Shown in pieces: positions 42,040 through 52,603 of a DNA stretch of 64,000 bases; position 1 is the stretch's first letter; every line of letters starts with the position of its first letter. Source of the DNA: an uncultured cyanobacterium. Lineage in GTDB: Bacteria > Cyanobacteriota > Cyanobacteriia > Cyanobacteriales > Nostocaceae. The translations under genes and the position numbers were made by a program. Under the pieces are notes generated by a model. That model did not search any database. It saw only the letters and a program-made list of their open reading frames with translations, and was not told where the DNA came from. Where the stretch lies: the NCBI GenBank assembly GCA_963740315.1, contig CAVUDP010000002.1, positions 32,001-96,000 of the forward strand, in the 5' to 3' direction.

Positions 42040-42717
42040 TTACCTCACCCAAAGCATTTGATTACCACCCTTCTGAAATTCGTAATCAACCTTTCTCACT
42101 TCAACTTGGAAACCGCGATCGCTTAATTGATTAATTACAGCTTCGAGATGGGGAGAAGTTTCACCGCTGAATTGAGTTATTACGGGAAAAACTCGCACCT
42201 CCGAAGCAACTCGCCGCATTTCTATAATTGAGTCAACGTGAAAATCTGCTGACAATATATTGGAATAGGTGAATAAGAAATGAGAGCATAACGCCAAATC
42301 AAACTCACCGTCGGTGAAGGGAAGATTCGGTAATTCCGATTTAACGTAGCGTTTTTGTGAAATACCTTGTGGGAAGTCAGCGATAAATTTACTCATAGCA
42401 GCCATTCTTACTTTTCCTAATTCGTCGGGAGAAGCAATATCACTCCAAACAAAGTTATTTAGAGTTTCTTTCTGTGCTGCAATTATCTTGGGATAAGTTT
42501 CTTGAATGCGATTTTGAATTTCTTCAACGGTAAACTGATAAATAGGGTCGCAAGATATAACTTTACCACCGAATTGCGTCATCTCGACATTAAAACTCGA
42601 AGGTCCCCCACCGCAATCAACTATATTTAACTTGCGATCGCCTGACGTTAAATTAAACATCTTCACGTACTCATCAAAATAGCGTCCCCAAGGAACCACG
42701 TTTTCGAGTTTCATCAT
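42040..42717 (-). CDS. Class I SAM-dependent methyltransferase-like protein
   Basis: IVDCGGGPSSF, LPFTDGEFDLALCSHFLF. Confidence 0.8.
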   Translation of the reverse strand: MMKLENVVPWGRYFDEYVKMFNLTSGDRKLNIVDCGGGPSSFNVEMTQFGGKVISCDPIYQFTVEEIQNRIQETYPKIIAAQKETLNNFVWSDIASPDELGKVRMAAMSKFIADFPQGISQKRYVKSELPNLPFTDGEFDLALCSHFLFTYSNILSADFHVDSIIEMRRVASEVRVFPVITQFSGETSPHLEAVINQLSDRGFQVEVRKVDYEFQKGGNQMLWVR

Positions 42718-42985
42718 AATCAGTGAGCAGTTAGCAGTGAGCAGTTAGCAGTGAGCAGTTAGCAGTGAGCAAATTATTATTGACTAGTCTTTAATTTTTG
42801 GTGTTACTGTATATTGCAATGAACGAGTATGTAAATCAACCTTTGTAAAGACTTAGGAATAAACTCCGTATCTACAAGATTAATAAATATTTATTCATAA
42901 AATACAATACAACAAAAATATTACACTGGTCACTGGTCACTGGTCACTGTTAATTGTTCACTGCTAACTGCTAACTGGTAACTGT

Positions 42986-44158
42986 TTAATAAGTTGGAAC
43001 TGAGGAATCGACTTCTTTACTCCAAGCTGTAATACCACCTTTGACGTTGGTACCTTCAATTCCGGCAAGTTTTAGAATTCCTAAAGCTTTCGCGGAACGT
43101 CCACCCATTTTACAATGAGCTATGAGACGATGACCGTTGAGCATTTCTTTAACTTTATCAACACCTGGACCGTTTTCGATTTCCGATAAAGGTACTAAAA
43201 CGGAACCGGGAATCTTAGCAATTTCGTATTCGTGGGGATTACGAACATCTAGCAGTACATAATCATTCGTACCGCTATCAATTAATTCTTTCAAATCCTT
43301 GACAGTCATCTCTGAAATATCCATTTGCTCTTGAGCCTCTTGTGCTTTTGCTTGAGGAATACCGCAGAACTGTTCGTAGTCTATCAGTTTTTCGATGACC
43401 GGACGCACGGGATTGGGACGTAATTTCAATTCCCGGAAACTCATATCAAGGGCATTGTATAACATCAAGCGTCCGCTGAGAGTTCTACCTTGTCCGAGAA
43501 TAATTTTTACCGTCTCCGTTGCTTGAATAGTACCAATAATTCCGCACAAAACGCCCAAAACCCCACCCTCAGCGCAGGAAGGAACCATTCCCGGTGGTGG
43601 TGGCTCTGGGTATAAATCGCGATAGTTGGGACCGCCTTCGTAGTTAAATACCGTAGCTTGTCCTTCAAAGCGGAATATTGAACCGTAAACGTTGGGTTTA
43701 TCTAATAAAACGCAAGCATCGTTTACTAAATACCGTGTCGGGAAGTTATCGGTACCGTCTACTACGACATCATAAGGTTTGAGAATATCGAGAGCATTTT
43801 CGCTACTAATGCGAGTTTCGTACAAATCAACCTGACAATCGGGGTTAATCTCGTGAATGCGGTTTTTTGCAGATTCAATCTTGGGTTTACCCACCCAAGA
43901 AGTACCGTGAATCACCTGACGTTGTAAGTTGGAATGATCGACAACATCGAAATCAACAATACCGATTCGTCCGATACCAGCAGCAGCTAAATATAACAGT
44001 AACGGCGAACCAAGTCCACCAGTACCAATACACAAAACAGCAGCAGCCTTCAAGCGCTTTTGTCCCTCCAACCCAACTTCAGGTAAAATCAGGTGGCGGG
44101 AATAGCGTTCGTAATCGTCCTTCGTCAGTTGGATTTCATCCAAGTTGGGATTAAGCAT
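42986..44158 (-). CDS. moeB: MoeB/MoeZ sulfur-carrier adenylyltransferase (E1-like) with rhodanese domain
   Basis: RYSRHLIL, GTGGLG, SNLQRQ, DGTDNFPTR, PSCAEGGV; C-terminal DVRNPHE...HCKMGGRS. Confidence 0.95.
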   Translation of the reverse strand: MLNPNLDEIQLTKDDYERYSRHLILPEVGLEGQKRLKAAAVLCIGTGGLGSPLLLYLAAAGIGRIGIVDFDVVDHSNLQRQVIHGTSWVGKPKIESAKNRIHEINPDCQVDLYETRISSENALDILKPYDVVVDGTDNFPTRYLVNDACVLLDKPNVYGSIFRFEGQATVFNYEGGPNYRDLYPEPPPPGMVPSCAEGGVLGVLCGIIGTIQATETVKIILGQGRTLSGRLMLYNALDMSFRELKLRPNPVRPVIEKLIDYEQFCGIPQAKAQEAQEQMDISEMTVKDLKELIDSGTNDYVLLDVRNPHEYEIAKIPGSVLVPLSEIENGPGVDKVKEMLNGHRLIAHCKMGGRSAKALGILKLAGIEGTNVKGGITAWSKEVDSSVPTY

Positions 44159-44383
44159 AACAAGAATGAGTTGGAGGAGCAGACCTTTTATACTACCGAA
44201 TAATGGGATAATTAGTAATTTATAATTAGTAATTCGTAATTATTAATTGGGGATTGGGTTAATTGTATGTAGTGCGAGCGTCTCGCTCGCTAGTGGTTGA
44301 TTAGATTAAATTTGATTGGTTCGACGTGCCGATTTTAGTACTAAATCCGGAGGGGGCTAAAGCCCTTACTACGAACCTCATTT

Positions 44384-44839
44384 TTATAACTCCCTCAATT
44401 CTTCTTGCTCAAACACAGAATTATCATCAAGTACCCAACTATTGATATCCCCTGCTTGACCTTTTTGTACGGAAACGATGATATAAGAATATTCTTGCCA
44501 AGCGTAGTTACGGTCAAATTCTGAGGGAATGGCTGGATAATCGGGGTGGGAATGGAAAATGCCGATTATATTCAAATTTTTTTCTCTGGCAGATTTTTGC
44601 AGGTGCAACATATCTTGGGGTGCTATGGTATATCTGCGTTTTTTACTATAAGTTATATCATCATCAGCAAAATCACCTGCTGTATCTGGATTCCAAGCGT
44701 TTTCGGTGGGGATGATTTCAACTACCGTTTTGCGATCGCTACATATATGTCCAAATATCACACCGCAACATTCTTCTGGATAGGTGCTTTCGGCATGGCT
44801 AAAGATTGTTTGTAAGTGTTGCTTGTTAAGTTGAATCAT
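44384..44839 (-). CDS. JAB/MPN+ (M67) metallopeptidase, Mec-like
   Basis: YPEECCG, FHSHPD...PSEFD. Confidence 0.92.
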   Translation of the reverse strand: MIQLNKQHLQTIFSHAESTYPEECCGVIFGHICSDRKTVVEIIPTENAWNPDTAGDFADDDITYSKKRRYTIAPQDMLHLQKSAREKNLNIIGIFHSHPDYPAIPSEFDRNYAWQEYSYIIVSVQKGQAGDINSWVLDDNSVFEQEELREL

Positions 44840-45246
44840 TTTGATAGTGTAAGAGATTTGAAAAGAAGTCGATACTTTATTTCTCTTGATTCGTAATAGC
44901 TTCGGGTTCGGATTGGTTAAAGAAGCAACTATTCTAATTTATATTTTCTGTAAATTGTATCTATGGATAGTTGTACAACAAATCAATATCTGAAATTAGA
45001 TTCTTTAATACAATTATACTTCCTGAGAAATAGCTACATTTACCTGAATTATTCCTGACGAAAGATTTGTTAAAAAAAGTTAAAGTGCAGAATAATTATT
45101 ACAAGGTACGAGTAATTAAACAATACTTCTTACTCGATAACTGCCGATCGCTATTAAAAAATAACCTATTAGCATGCAAGCAGTAAGAGCGGGGTATGTC
45201 TATTGCCTAAACCTGGTTCTATACTTTTTAGGTTTTTAACAAATAC

Positions 45247-46905
45247 ATGGCAAAGCCCATTGAATTCAACCTTTTTGCTCCTTATAACAAAGAGGCGGCT
45301 TTACTTGGTTCCTTTTCTGACTGGGAATCAATTGCAATGGAAAAAGGCGAAGATGGCTATTTTCGTGTCAAAGTTGATTTAGAAGACGGCGTTTATAAAT
45401 ATAAGTTTAAAGTACGCTCCAAGTCTTGGTTTTTTGAACAAGATGAATGGGTAGATGTAACCGATCCTTATGCAACTAATATTGATGCATTAGGTGGTTA
45501 TGAAAATGCAGTTGTCTGTATTAAAGATGGGGAAAGAATTCTCGATCCCTATGTTTGGAATCATGACGATAAATCTTTACCTCCAGATAATGAATTAGTT
45601 ATTTATGAATTACACGTTGCTGACTTTTCCGGTGGTGAAGATGATAAGTATGCACGTGGAAAATACGAACACGTTCTTGAAAAATTAGATTATTTAACAG
45701 AATTGGGAATTAACGCTATTGAGTTAATGCCAATTAAAGAATATCCCGGCGATTATAGCTGGGGATATAACCCCCGTCATTTTTTCGCAACAGAAACTAG
45801 TTACGGTGAAACGGCGGATTTAAAAAAGTTAATTGATGAATGTCATGGTAAGGGAATTCGTGTTTTTATGGATGGTATTTTTAACCATTCAGAATCATCA
45901 TCACCTTTAACACAAATCGACCACGATTACTGGTACCACCACGAACCCCGCGATCCCGATAATAACTGGGGACCAGAATTTAATTACGAAAAATATGATG
46001 AGAATTTAGATACTTATCCAGCGCGAAAATTCATCGGCGATACGATACGTTTCTGGATTCAAGAATATCATATTGACGGTATTCGTTACGATGCAGCGCG
46101 GCAAATTGCTAACTACGATTTCATGCATTGGATAGTAGATGAAGCCAAAAAAACCGCTGGTGCAAAACCTTTTTATAATATTGCCGAACATATTCCTGAA
46201 ACTACCAGCATTACCAATGTTGATGGTCCGATGGATGCTTGCTGGCATGATAGTTTTTATCATTGCATAAAAGAGCATGTTGCTGGTGAAAAATTTGATT
46301 TAGAGCAACTCAAAGATGTCATCGATCCCAAGCGTCAAGGCTTCATGGGTGCGACAAACGTTGTCAACTATCTCACCAACCACGATCATAATCGGATCAT
46401 GGTAGAGTTGGGCGATCGCGAAATTTTAGATGAAGAAGCTTTTCGTCGCTTAAAGTTTGCAGGAGCGATTTTATTAACAGCGGTTGGCGTACCGATGTTG
46501 TGGATGGGACAAGAATTTGGCGAATACAAGCCCCAGACTCAAGAATCATCTAAAATCGAATGGGGATTGTTAGAAAATGACCAAAATCACGGATTGTTTG
46601 AATATTACAAGGGTTTAATTAACCTGCGTAAAAATAATCATGCTTTATACACGGAAAATATTGATTTTATCCACGAAAATCCAGAAGGAAAGGTATTAGC
46701 ATACAGCCGTTGGAATAATGAAGGTTCCCATGTGGTTGTTGTAGCTAACTTCTCAGAGAATTTCTACGCTGGCTATCAAGTTGCTAATTTCCCAGAAGCC
46801 GGTAAATGGCACGAATGGACGGCTAATTATGATGTAGAAGCTGGTGATGACGGTATTATGATTGATTTGGGACCTTTTGAAGCCAAGGTTTTTGTCTGGA
46901 GTTAA
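45247..46905 (+). CDS. GH13 alpha-amylase family glycosidase with N-terminal CBM48
   Basis: VIYELHV, SWGYNP, DGIRYDA, IAEH, NHDH, PMLWMGQEFG. Confidence 0.9.
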   Translation: MAKPIEFNLFAPYNKEAALLGSFSDWESIAMEKGEDGYFRVKVDLEDGVYKYKFKVRSKSWFFEQDEWVDVTDPYATNIDALGGYENAVVCIKDGERILDPYVWNHDDKSLPPDNELVIYELHVADFSGGEDDKYARGKYEHVLEKLDYLTELGINAIELMPIKEYPGDYSWGYNPRHFFATETSYGETADLKKLIDECHGKGIRVFMDGIFNHSESSSPLTQIDHDYWYHHEPRDPDNNWGPEFNYEKYDENLDTYPARKFIGDTIRFWIQEYHIDGIRYDAARQIANYDFMHWIVDEAKKTAGAKPFYNIAEHIPETTSITNVDGPMDACWHDSFYHCIKEHVAGEKFDLEQLKDVIDPKRQGFMGATNVVNYLTNHDHNRIMVELGDREILDEEAFRRLKFAGAILLTAVGVPMLWMGQEFGEYKPQTQESSKIEWGLLENDQNHGLFEYYKGLINLRKNNHALYTENIDFIHENPEGKVLAYSRWNNEGSHVVVVANFSENFYAGYQVANFPEAGKWHEWTANYDVEAGDDGIMIDLGPFEAKVFVWS

Positions 46906-46956
46906 CCAAATCTTGTAGGAATTCCAATCTATTAACTTAAATACTTGCATTTCATC

Positions 46957-46985
46957 AACCCGGTTTTTTCTAAAGCCGGGTTTAT
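46957..46985 (+). terminator. Hairpin terminator/REP
   Basis: AACCCGG...CCGGGTT followed by TT. Confidence 0.55.
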
Positions 46986-47120
46986 TAATTTTATATCAGT
47001 TCAAAACCAAAATCCGAAATACATTATTGCAAAACTGTATAAAAAATTATCAAGCCTAACAAGCATCAAATAAATTAACAACTAATGCAAATCATGCCTG
47101 TTTGTAGTTGACGGTTTAAA

Positions 47121-47759
47121 TTGCTGTCACAACAAATATCGCTTGGCAATTTTCAACAAATTAATCGTATTATGAATAATTTAACACAAACAGCAATTAA
47201 ACCAGAAAAAATTAATTATTTAGAAAAACCATTAGAACAACCGTCTTTTTTAGAGCAAATAGTAGAAAACTTTGAAGATGGTATTTTGATTTTAACTGAA
47301 ACTGGTGAATTAATTTATGCTAATGCTAGTGCTTACAGTATTTGCAGTCAAATAAATCCAGGTAGCTCTAACCGAAATTACGTACCCTCTATAATTTGGA
47401 ATGTTTGTAAATCATTAATAAACAATCAAATGTCTTGCGATAATTTAACAATATGGTCGGAAGATATTGTTGTCAATCGGTCGGTTATTTTACGTTTAAG
47501 GGTAAGATGGTTAAATCATGTATCAGAGCAATCTTATTTATCGATCGCAATTGAGAATCGCTACAAATCACTGAAAAATATTGTTTTATTTGAAGCTAAT
47601 AAATACCATTTAACGCAACGTGAAGTAGAAGTTTGGAACCTTTATCGAGCTACTTCTAGCTATAAACACATTGCCGATAAACTTTATATTACCGTTAATA
47701 CTGTTAAAAAGCACCTTAAAAATATTCGTGCTAAACAACAAAGGTTTTATTCAGCTTAA
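47121..47759 (+). CDS. PAS-like plus LuxR HTH transcriptional regulator (ATG 47172 is the likely start)
   Basis: DGILIL...GELIYAN; LTQREVEV...IADKLYITVNTVKKHLKNI. Confidence 0.85.
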   Translation: MLSQQISLGNFQQINRIMNNLTQTAIKPEKINYLEKPLEQPSFLEQIVENFEDGILILTETGELIYANASAYSICSQINPGSSNRNYVPSIIWNVCKSLINNQMSCDNLTIWSEDIVVNRSVILRLRVRWLNHVSEQSYLSIAIENRYKSLKNIVLFEANKYHLTQREVEVWNLYRATSSYKHIADKLYITVNTVKKHLKNIRAKQQRFYSA

Positions 47760-47978
47760 TATTGCTAAATATTGCTTAATATTTTATCTCGATTAAAATT
47801 CCATCAACAGGGTTGAAGTAGTAAATAATACACAAATATAGCTAATTTATTCAACATCCGTCCGATTGATGTATTATATAGTACTACTAAATATTTTTTC
47901 AGGCAGACTAATTATTAAATAATTATTATTCATATAAACGCGATCGCATTTGTAAGTTAAATAAAACCGCTACGCCAT

Positions 47979-48000
47979 GCCCCCGGCAGCTTCCGGGGGT
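47979..48000. terminator. GC hairpin between convergent genes
   Basis: CCCCCGG-CAGCTT-CCGGGGG. Confidence 0.55.
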
Positions 48001-48042
48001 GTTAATTTTAAATTCTCCAAAAGCAAATTATTTAAATTTTAC

Positions 48043-48522
48043 CTATTGAGAATTAGGCTTTTTTTGCAAGCGGATTAATGTGTTATGAATTTGGGTTTTT
48101 AAGCTGGCATCATTCCTTAATTTCAACGTAATATTGTTAAAGCTTTCAATGCTAAGCCCGCTATCTTTAACAATGATTTGAGAGCGCTGACAGTATTTTG
48201 TAGCAATATCTCTTGCTTTCTGTGTAGACAAAGTAGATATAGTCTTGGGTTCGTTACAAGCAATTTCAGGAATTCGTCCACCTCCGGAAATCTTCTTTAT
48301 TTCATCAAATGCTTGAAGGCGACTTTGCTCTATTGTTAATAAGGCTCTGGAGTACTTAACTATTTCATTATTGTCAATTGAAGGAGTTTGAGCGTCAGCT
48401 TTTAAGCCCAAAACCGTACTGCTAGCAAAGAAACCTAGAGTGGCTAAAGTACCTACTAAAAAAGACTTAGAAAGCATTCGAGCTATTTTAATCCCGTTAG
48501 AAGAATGAGTAATTCTCTTCAT
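48043..48522 (-). CDS. DUF4168-like secreted protein
   Basis: Signal peptide ending ADA, Y.RA.L.IE..R, two Cys, GLS...FN.IT. Confidence 0.65.
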   Translation of the reverse strand: MKRITHSSNGIKIARMLSKSFLVGTLATLGFFASSTVLGLKADAQTPSIDNNEIVKYSRALLTIEQSRLQAFDEIKKISGGGRIPEIACNEPKTISTLSTQKARDIATKYCQRSQIIVKDSGLSIESFNNITLKLRNDASLKTQIHNTLIRLQKKPNSQ

Positions 48523-48628
48523 ATGCTTTGTGATAATTAACTACAGTAATAAGATGTTAATCATTTTGAATTGTTTCAAGCGGTAGTTGTTCCCTTAAAA
48601 AACAAAGTAAATTCCGAAAATACACTCA

Positions 48629-49618
48629 CTATCGGCTTCTTTTACATATTTGACACAGTTCTATAACTTTAGTTTGGAGTGTTAAAGTTTGTGCGGCTCC
48701 AAGTTTAAGATTAACTTCTAATTCAAGTAGTATAGGTAAACAGGATATTAGTTGATGCACTGAAAGAAACTGTACTTCGGGAAGCAAATGTTTAATGCGA
48801 TAATGATTGCGAACTTCAGCAGCTTGAGCGATCGCTTGATCTGAACGTTCGCCACTTTCCATCATAATTTTAATCCACAACCAGGTACGAAACTGCCCAA
48901 TCAATGTGGCAACTATTCGCAAAGAAGGTTCGGAAGCATCGATTAAATCCGCGACTAAACTTAAAGCCTTCTCAGTGTTTCCCATCCTAATCGCACCAGC
49001 TAATTGTAGGCTATTTTGAGTATAATTTCTAACTAATTGAGCGGCGCGATCGACATCTAATGGCTTATTACTATCTTGGGCATAAAGCTGTAATTTTTGG
49101 AGTTCGTTATAAAGTAAGCGAGTATCGTTACCTATAGCTTCTACTAAAAAGTCCGCACATCTAGAAGTTAGTTTGAGTTTAAGGGAACTAGCGGCATCAT
49201 TGACAGATTTTTTGAGTAAATCCGTATTAAAAGGTGATATAAGTCCGAATTCACGAAATTGTGCGAATTTTTTTAATAATTTTGTTGACTTTAACCGTTC
49301 ATCGGGTTTATTAGTGCTAGTAATTAGTAAGTAAGAATTTTCGGGAATTACGGATAAAGTCCGCTGTAACTCTGATAACAAATTATCGTTAGATTGCTGA
49401 GTAATATTAGCGTTCATCAGCCATACCAAACGCCCACCAGCCCCAAAAGGTGGAGTCATCGCTTGATTTAACGCTTCAATTGCGGCATTCGGATAATCTG
49501 GTGGAAAAGTCGTGTAATTAAACGAAATCCAATTCGCATCGAGAATCTCGTCGCGTAAATTGGCGATCGCTTTTTCCATCGCAAAATCATCTTCGCCCCA
49601 GTAAATGTGGATTGGCAT
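48629..49618 (-). CDS. holA: DNA polymerase III delta subunit
   Basis: IYWGEDDF, TPPFGAGGRLVW, GNDTRLLYNELQKL, LRIVATL. Confidence 0.9.
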   Translation of the reverse strand: MPIHIYWGEDDFAMEKAIANLRDEILDANWISFNYTTFPPDYPNAAIEALNQAMTPPFGAGGRLVWLMNANITQQSNDNLLSELQRTLSVIPENSYLLITSTNKPDERLKSTKLLKKFAQFREFGLISPFNTDLLKKSVNDAASSLKLKLTSRCADFLVEAIGNDTRLLYNELQKLQLYAQDSNKPLDVDRAAQLVRNYTQNSLQLAGAIRMGNTEKALSLVADLIDASEPSLRIVATLIGQFRTWLWIKIMMESGERSDQAIAQAAEVRNHYRIKHLLPEVQFLSVHQLISCLPILLELEVNLKLGAAQTLTLQTKVIELCQICKRSR

Positions 49619-49794
49619 AGTGGGAGGATGGGGGGATGGGGGGATGGGGAAGAGGGGGGAGAGGGGGAAGAGTTATTATACCTTTGACATGCAGACCTTT
49701 GACATGCAGACCTTTTTACCATTCCCAATTCTATTTTGGATAAATTGAGTGATTTTGCCTACAATCTATCAAGGAATGCGGGAGGAAATAAAGG

Positions 49795-50589
49795 TTGGAC
49801 GATAATTATCAAACTTATATGAATCGGGTGGCGCGAATGACGCTACCGGAAGCTTACACATCTCAAGTTCAGCATTTGAAGGAATCTTCTAAATTTGCAT
49901 CACATCCAGGAGGAACAAAAGCTGTATCTTTCCCTGGATATACGTTAATTACCCCACCTCATGGGGAAGAAGATTCGACAAATTCTGCTTTTTACTCGCA
50001 GTTACAGGGTTATCAACAGGAACTTTTACAGTTACCTATAGGTTCGGATTTAATTATTCCGGTACCTCCTGATAGCTTTCATTTAACTTTAGCGGACATA
50101 ATTTGGGATAGCGCCTATCGCGACGCAAGCAAAAAAAATCCAGATTTTGCAGCCCAATTAGGGTCATGTTTTGATGATATTTTTCAACAATATCAAAAAT
50201 CTGTGACTTCAAAGAATCCCCCAAAATGGCAAATGTTGGGATTAATGCTTATGCCAAGGGCTGTAGCGGTTTGCTTGGTACCGTTGGATCGAGATAGCTA
50301 CGAGCAAATTATCAACTTGCGTCGGGCAATCTATCAAAATCCTTCTCTGATGGCATTAGGGATTGAACAACAGTATAATTTCACGGCACACGTGACTTTA
50401 GGCTATTTTGGCGAGATTGCACCCGATTTAAATCGCGAAAATTTTGCTTCCATGCTTTCAGAATTAAATCAAAAATGGATTGAAAATTTACCTACTTTAA
50501 CAATGCATCGCGTCGAACTCCGTAAATTTGACGATATGACTCGTTTTTACCGAGAACCAGATTCGCCAGTTTTGGTTTTAGGTAATTAG
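49795..50589 (+). CDS. 2H phosphoesterase-fold protein (DUF1868-like)
   Basis: FPGYTLI and two HxT motifs (FHLTL, AHVTL). Confidence 0.75.
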   Translation: MDDNYQTYMNRVARMTLPEAYTSQVQHLKESSKFASHPGGTKAVSFPGYTLITPPHGEEDSTNSAFYSQLQGYQQELLQLPIGSDLIIPVPPDSFHLTLADIIWDSAYRDASKKNPDFAAQLGSCFDDIFQQYQKSVTSKNPPKWQMLGLMLMPRAVAVCLVPLDRDSYEQIINLRRAIYQNPSLMALGIEQQYNFTAHVTLGYFGEIAPDLNRENFASMLSELNQKWIENLPTLTMHRVELRKFDDMTRFYREPDSPVLVLGN

Positions 50590-50599
50590 GTAATAGGGC

Positions 50600-50855
50600 A
50601 TTGGTGATGGGGGGAGATGGGGGAGATGGGGAGTACTTCGACAAGTCTTACAGTGAGCTACGTCGAACTGCTCAGTAACCTTTGGGGAGATGGGGAGAGG
50701 GGGGGACAAGGGGATGGGGAGAGGGGGTGATGGAGGGGACAATCCAAAATCCTATGCCCAATGCCCAATGCCCAATGCCCTATTCCCAATGCCCAATGCC
50801 CAATTCCCTATCCCCAATTCCCTATTGCCTATGCCCAATTCCCTATTCCCCCATT
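50600..50855. repeat. STRR arrays (GGGGAGAT, CCCAATG) with an embedded composite element
   Basis: Seen directly; overlaps the 3' end of the RDD gene. Confidence 0.85.
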
Positions 50856-51632
50856 TTTATTTTTTTCTTGATAAGCAACATAAATAGCTTCTAAAAATAT
50901 ATCGGAACTAATATTTGGGGGTATATTTTCTAAGTGAATAATTTCTTTGACTTGTTCGGCTAATTTTATAGATAATTGACTTTTGGCTTTTGGTGACATT
51001 GCTAGTCGTCGCCGTAAATACTCGCTAATTACAGCAAAATCATCGGCTAACATTGGTGATATATCGGTAATTTGCAGTAATTCGGAACTGAATGATTTGG
51101 CTTGTTCTGAAACTACGATTGTTGTTGATGCTATGGGTAGTTGATTTTGAATAACAATTGTACCGGCTACTAAATCCCCTAAACGTTTTTCTTTATTACC
51201 AAACATAATTAGAAAAACTCCAATAAAGAAGATTTCATCAACTGGTCTTAATAATGCTCTTAAAGCTGCTTGGGGTAATCCTACAGGTTTACCATCATCC
51301 CTAATTACGCGAATTTTAGCAATGCGTTTACCGGGTGTTTGTCCCTGCCACAATGCTTCAAAAAATACAAAATAACCGGAGTAAATCGCGAAGAGAACAA
51401 AAAAGGCGATCGCTAACACCCATAGGGGAGTTTGTTTGCCAAAAATCGATTCCAAAAAATCGAATAGTTGAAGTGAAAGCGTTGACCAGACTGCTATAAA
51501 GACTGCTATAGTTAGTCCTAAAACGTGATAGTCAATTAACAATGCCCAAGCACGATTCCCAATACCTGCAAAGGTAAATTCTAATTCGATACTTTCTGGC
51601 GTGCGGAATTTTACACGTCTAAATATATGCAT
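50829..51632 (-). CDS. RDD family membrane protein
   Basis: [36 protein letters not shown]. Confidence 0.9.
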   Translation of the reverse strand: MHIFRRVKFRTPESIELEFTFAGIGNRAWALLIDYHVLGLTIAVFIAVWSTLSLQLFDFLESIFGKQTPLWVLAIAFFVLFAIYSGYFVFFEALWQGQTPGKRIAKIRVIRDDGKPVGLPQAALRALLRPVDEIFFIGVFLIMFGNKEKRLGDLVAGTIVIQNQLPIASTTIVVSEQAKSFSSELLQITDISPMLADDFAVISEYLRRRLAMSPKAKSQLSIKLAEQVKEIIHLENIPPNISSDIFLEAIYVAYQEKNKNGGIGNWA

Positions 51633-51663
51633 AACGAAATAATTCGTAATTCTTGATTATTAA

Positions 51664-52518
51664 TTAAATTTCATTGTCGCGTAATCGTAAGCCTAAACCT
51701 TCACGACGACTGCGGAGGTCATAATAAATAGTCGCTTTAATTGCTTGCCAAAAAGGTATAATTACTGCACCACTGGAAAAACTAATTGCAAATATCAATA
51801 CAAAATATAGCAAACTAAATATTAGAGAGTTTTCCTGTATTAATGGTGCAAAAACTAGTTGCAAAACAGTAGAAATTACTTGCACCACAATTTGCAAAGG
51901 GAGCGTTATTAAAAAGGCAATGAACGTAATGCCAAAAATCCGCCAGATGTTTCCTTTTGTTAGTTCAAAACTACGGCTAATAGCTGAATTAGCAGTGGTA
52001 TCATCTTCAATGGCTAAAGTCACATCAGCCAAATAGAATCGCGTTATAAACCAGAAAAATCCCAAAAATATTGCAGCAAAAAGTAATATACCTAGTAAGG
52101 CAGATACAACGGCGAAGGCAGGATTAGCATTTTGACCTAATCCACCAATTGCTACACCTATTGCACCCCCGACAATAGCAAATGCGATTCCAAGACCTAA
52201 ACCAATACCTATATAAATTAGTACTATTAGCACTAGCTGACTTAAAAACTGTCCCAACCGGGAATTAACAAATTTTTGCCCTGTTTTTATATTTTCTGGT
52301 TGATTAATTAATTCACCAAAGGATAATCTGGAAATTAACGAACTCAATGCATAGTACTTTGCCCAGCCGTAAATTGGAACGAGCAACCAGACATTAGCTT
52401 TCAAGGCAATCAAGAAATAATCTTTGATGTGAGAGCGATAAAGTCGGAAGCCGCCAGTAACGACATCACCAATATTTAGGGGTTGTATTGGACTGGGAGA
52501 ACCGAGATTAGAAGACAT
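51664..52518 (-). CDS. Uncharacterised membrane protein (DUF975/GDPD membrane-domain-like)
   Basis: PLNIGDVV..GFRLYR, AISRSFELTKG, YYDLRSRREG. Confidence 0.7.
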   Translation of the reverse strand: MSSNLGSPSPIQPLNIGDVVTGGFRLYRSHIKDYFLIALKANVWLLVPIYGWAKYYALSSLISRLSFGELINQPENIKTGQKFVNSRLGQFLSQLVLIVLIYIGIGLGLGIAFAIVGGAIGVAIGGLGQNANPAFAVVSALLGILLFAAIFLGFFWFITRFYLADVTLAIEDDTTANSAISRSFELTKGNIWRIFGITFIAFLITLPLQIVVQVISTVLQLVFAPLIQENSLIFSLLYFVLIFAISFSSGAVIIPFWQAIKATIYYDLRSRREGLGLRLRDNEI

Positions 52519-52603
52519 AACGTATAAAGTAGTTATAAAGTGACACAGTAATTCAAAGGTTATATTAAGTTAACTTAAAATTTATTATTTCCCAAAAATC
52601 GAC

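Noticed and set aside
42986..44839. CBASS/Bil-type ubiquitin-like defence system
   Set aside because: No E2, cyclase or effector is present; the E1-rhodanese is the housekeeping MoeB/MoeZ type
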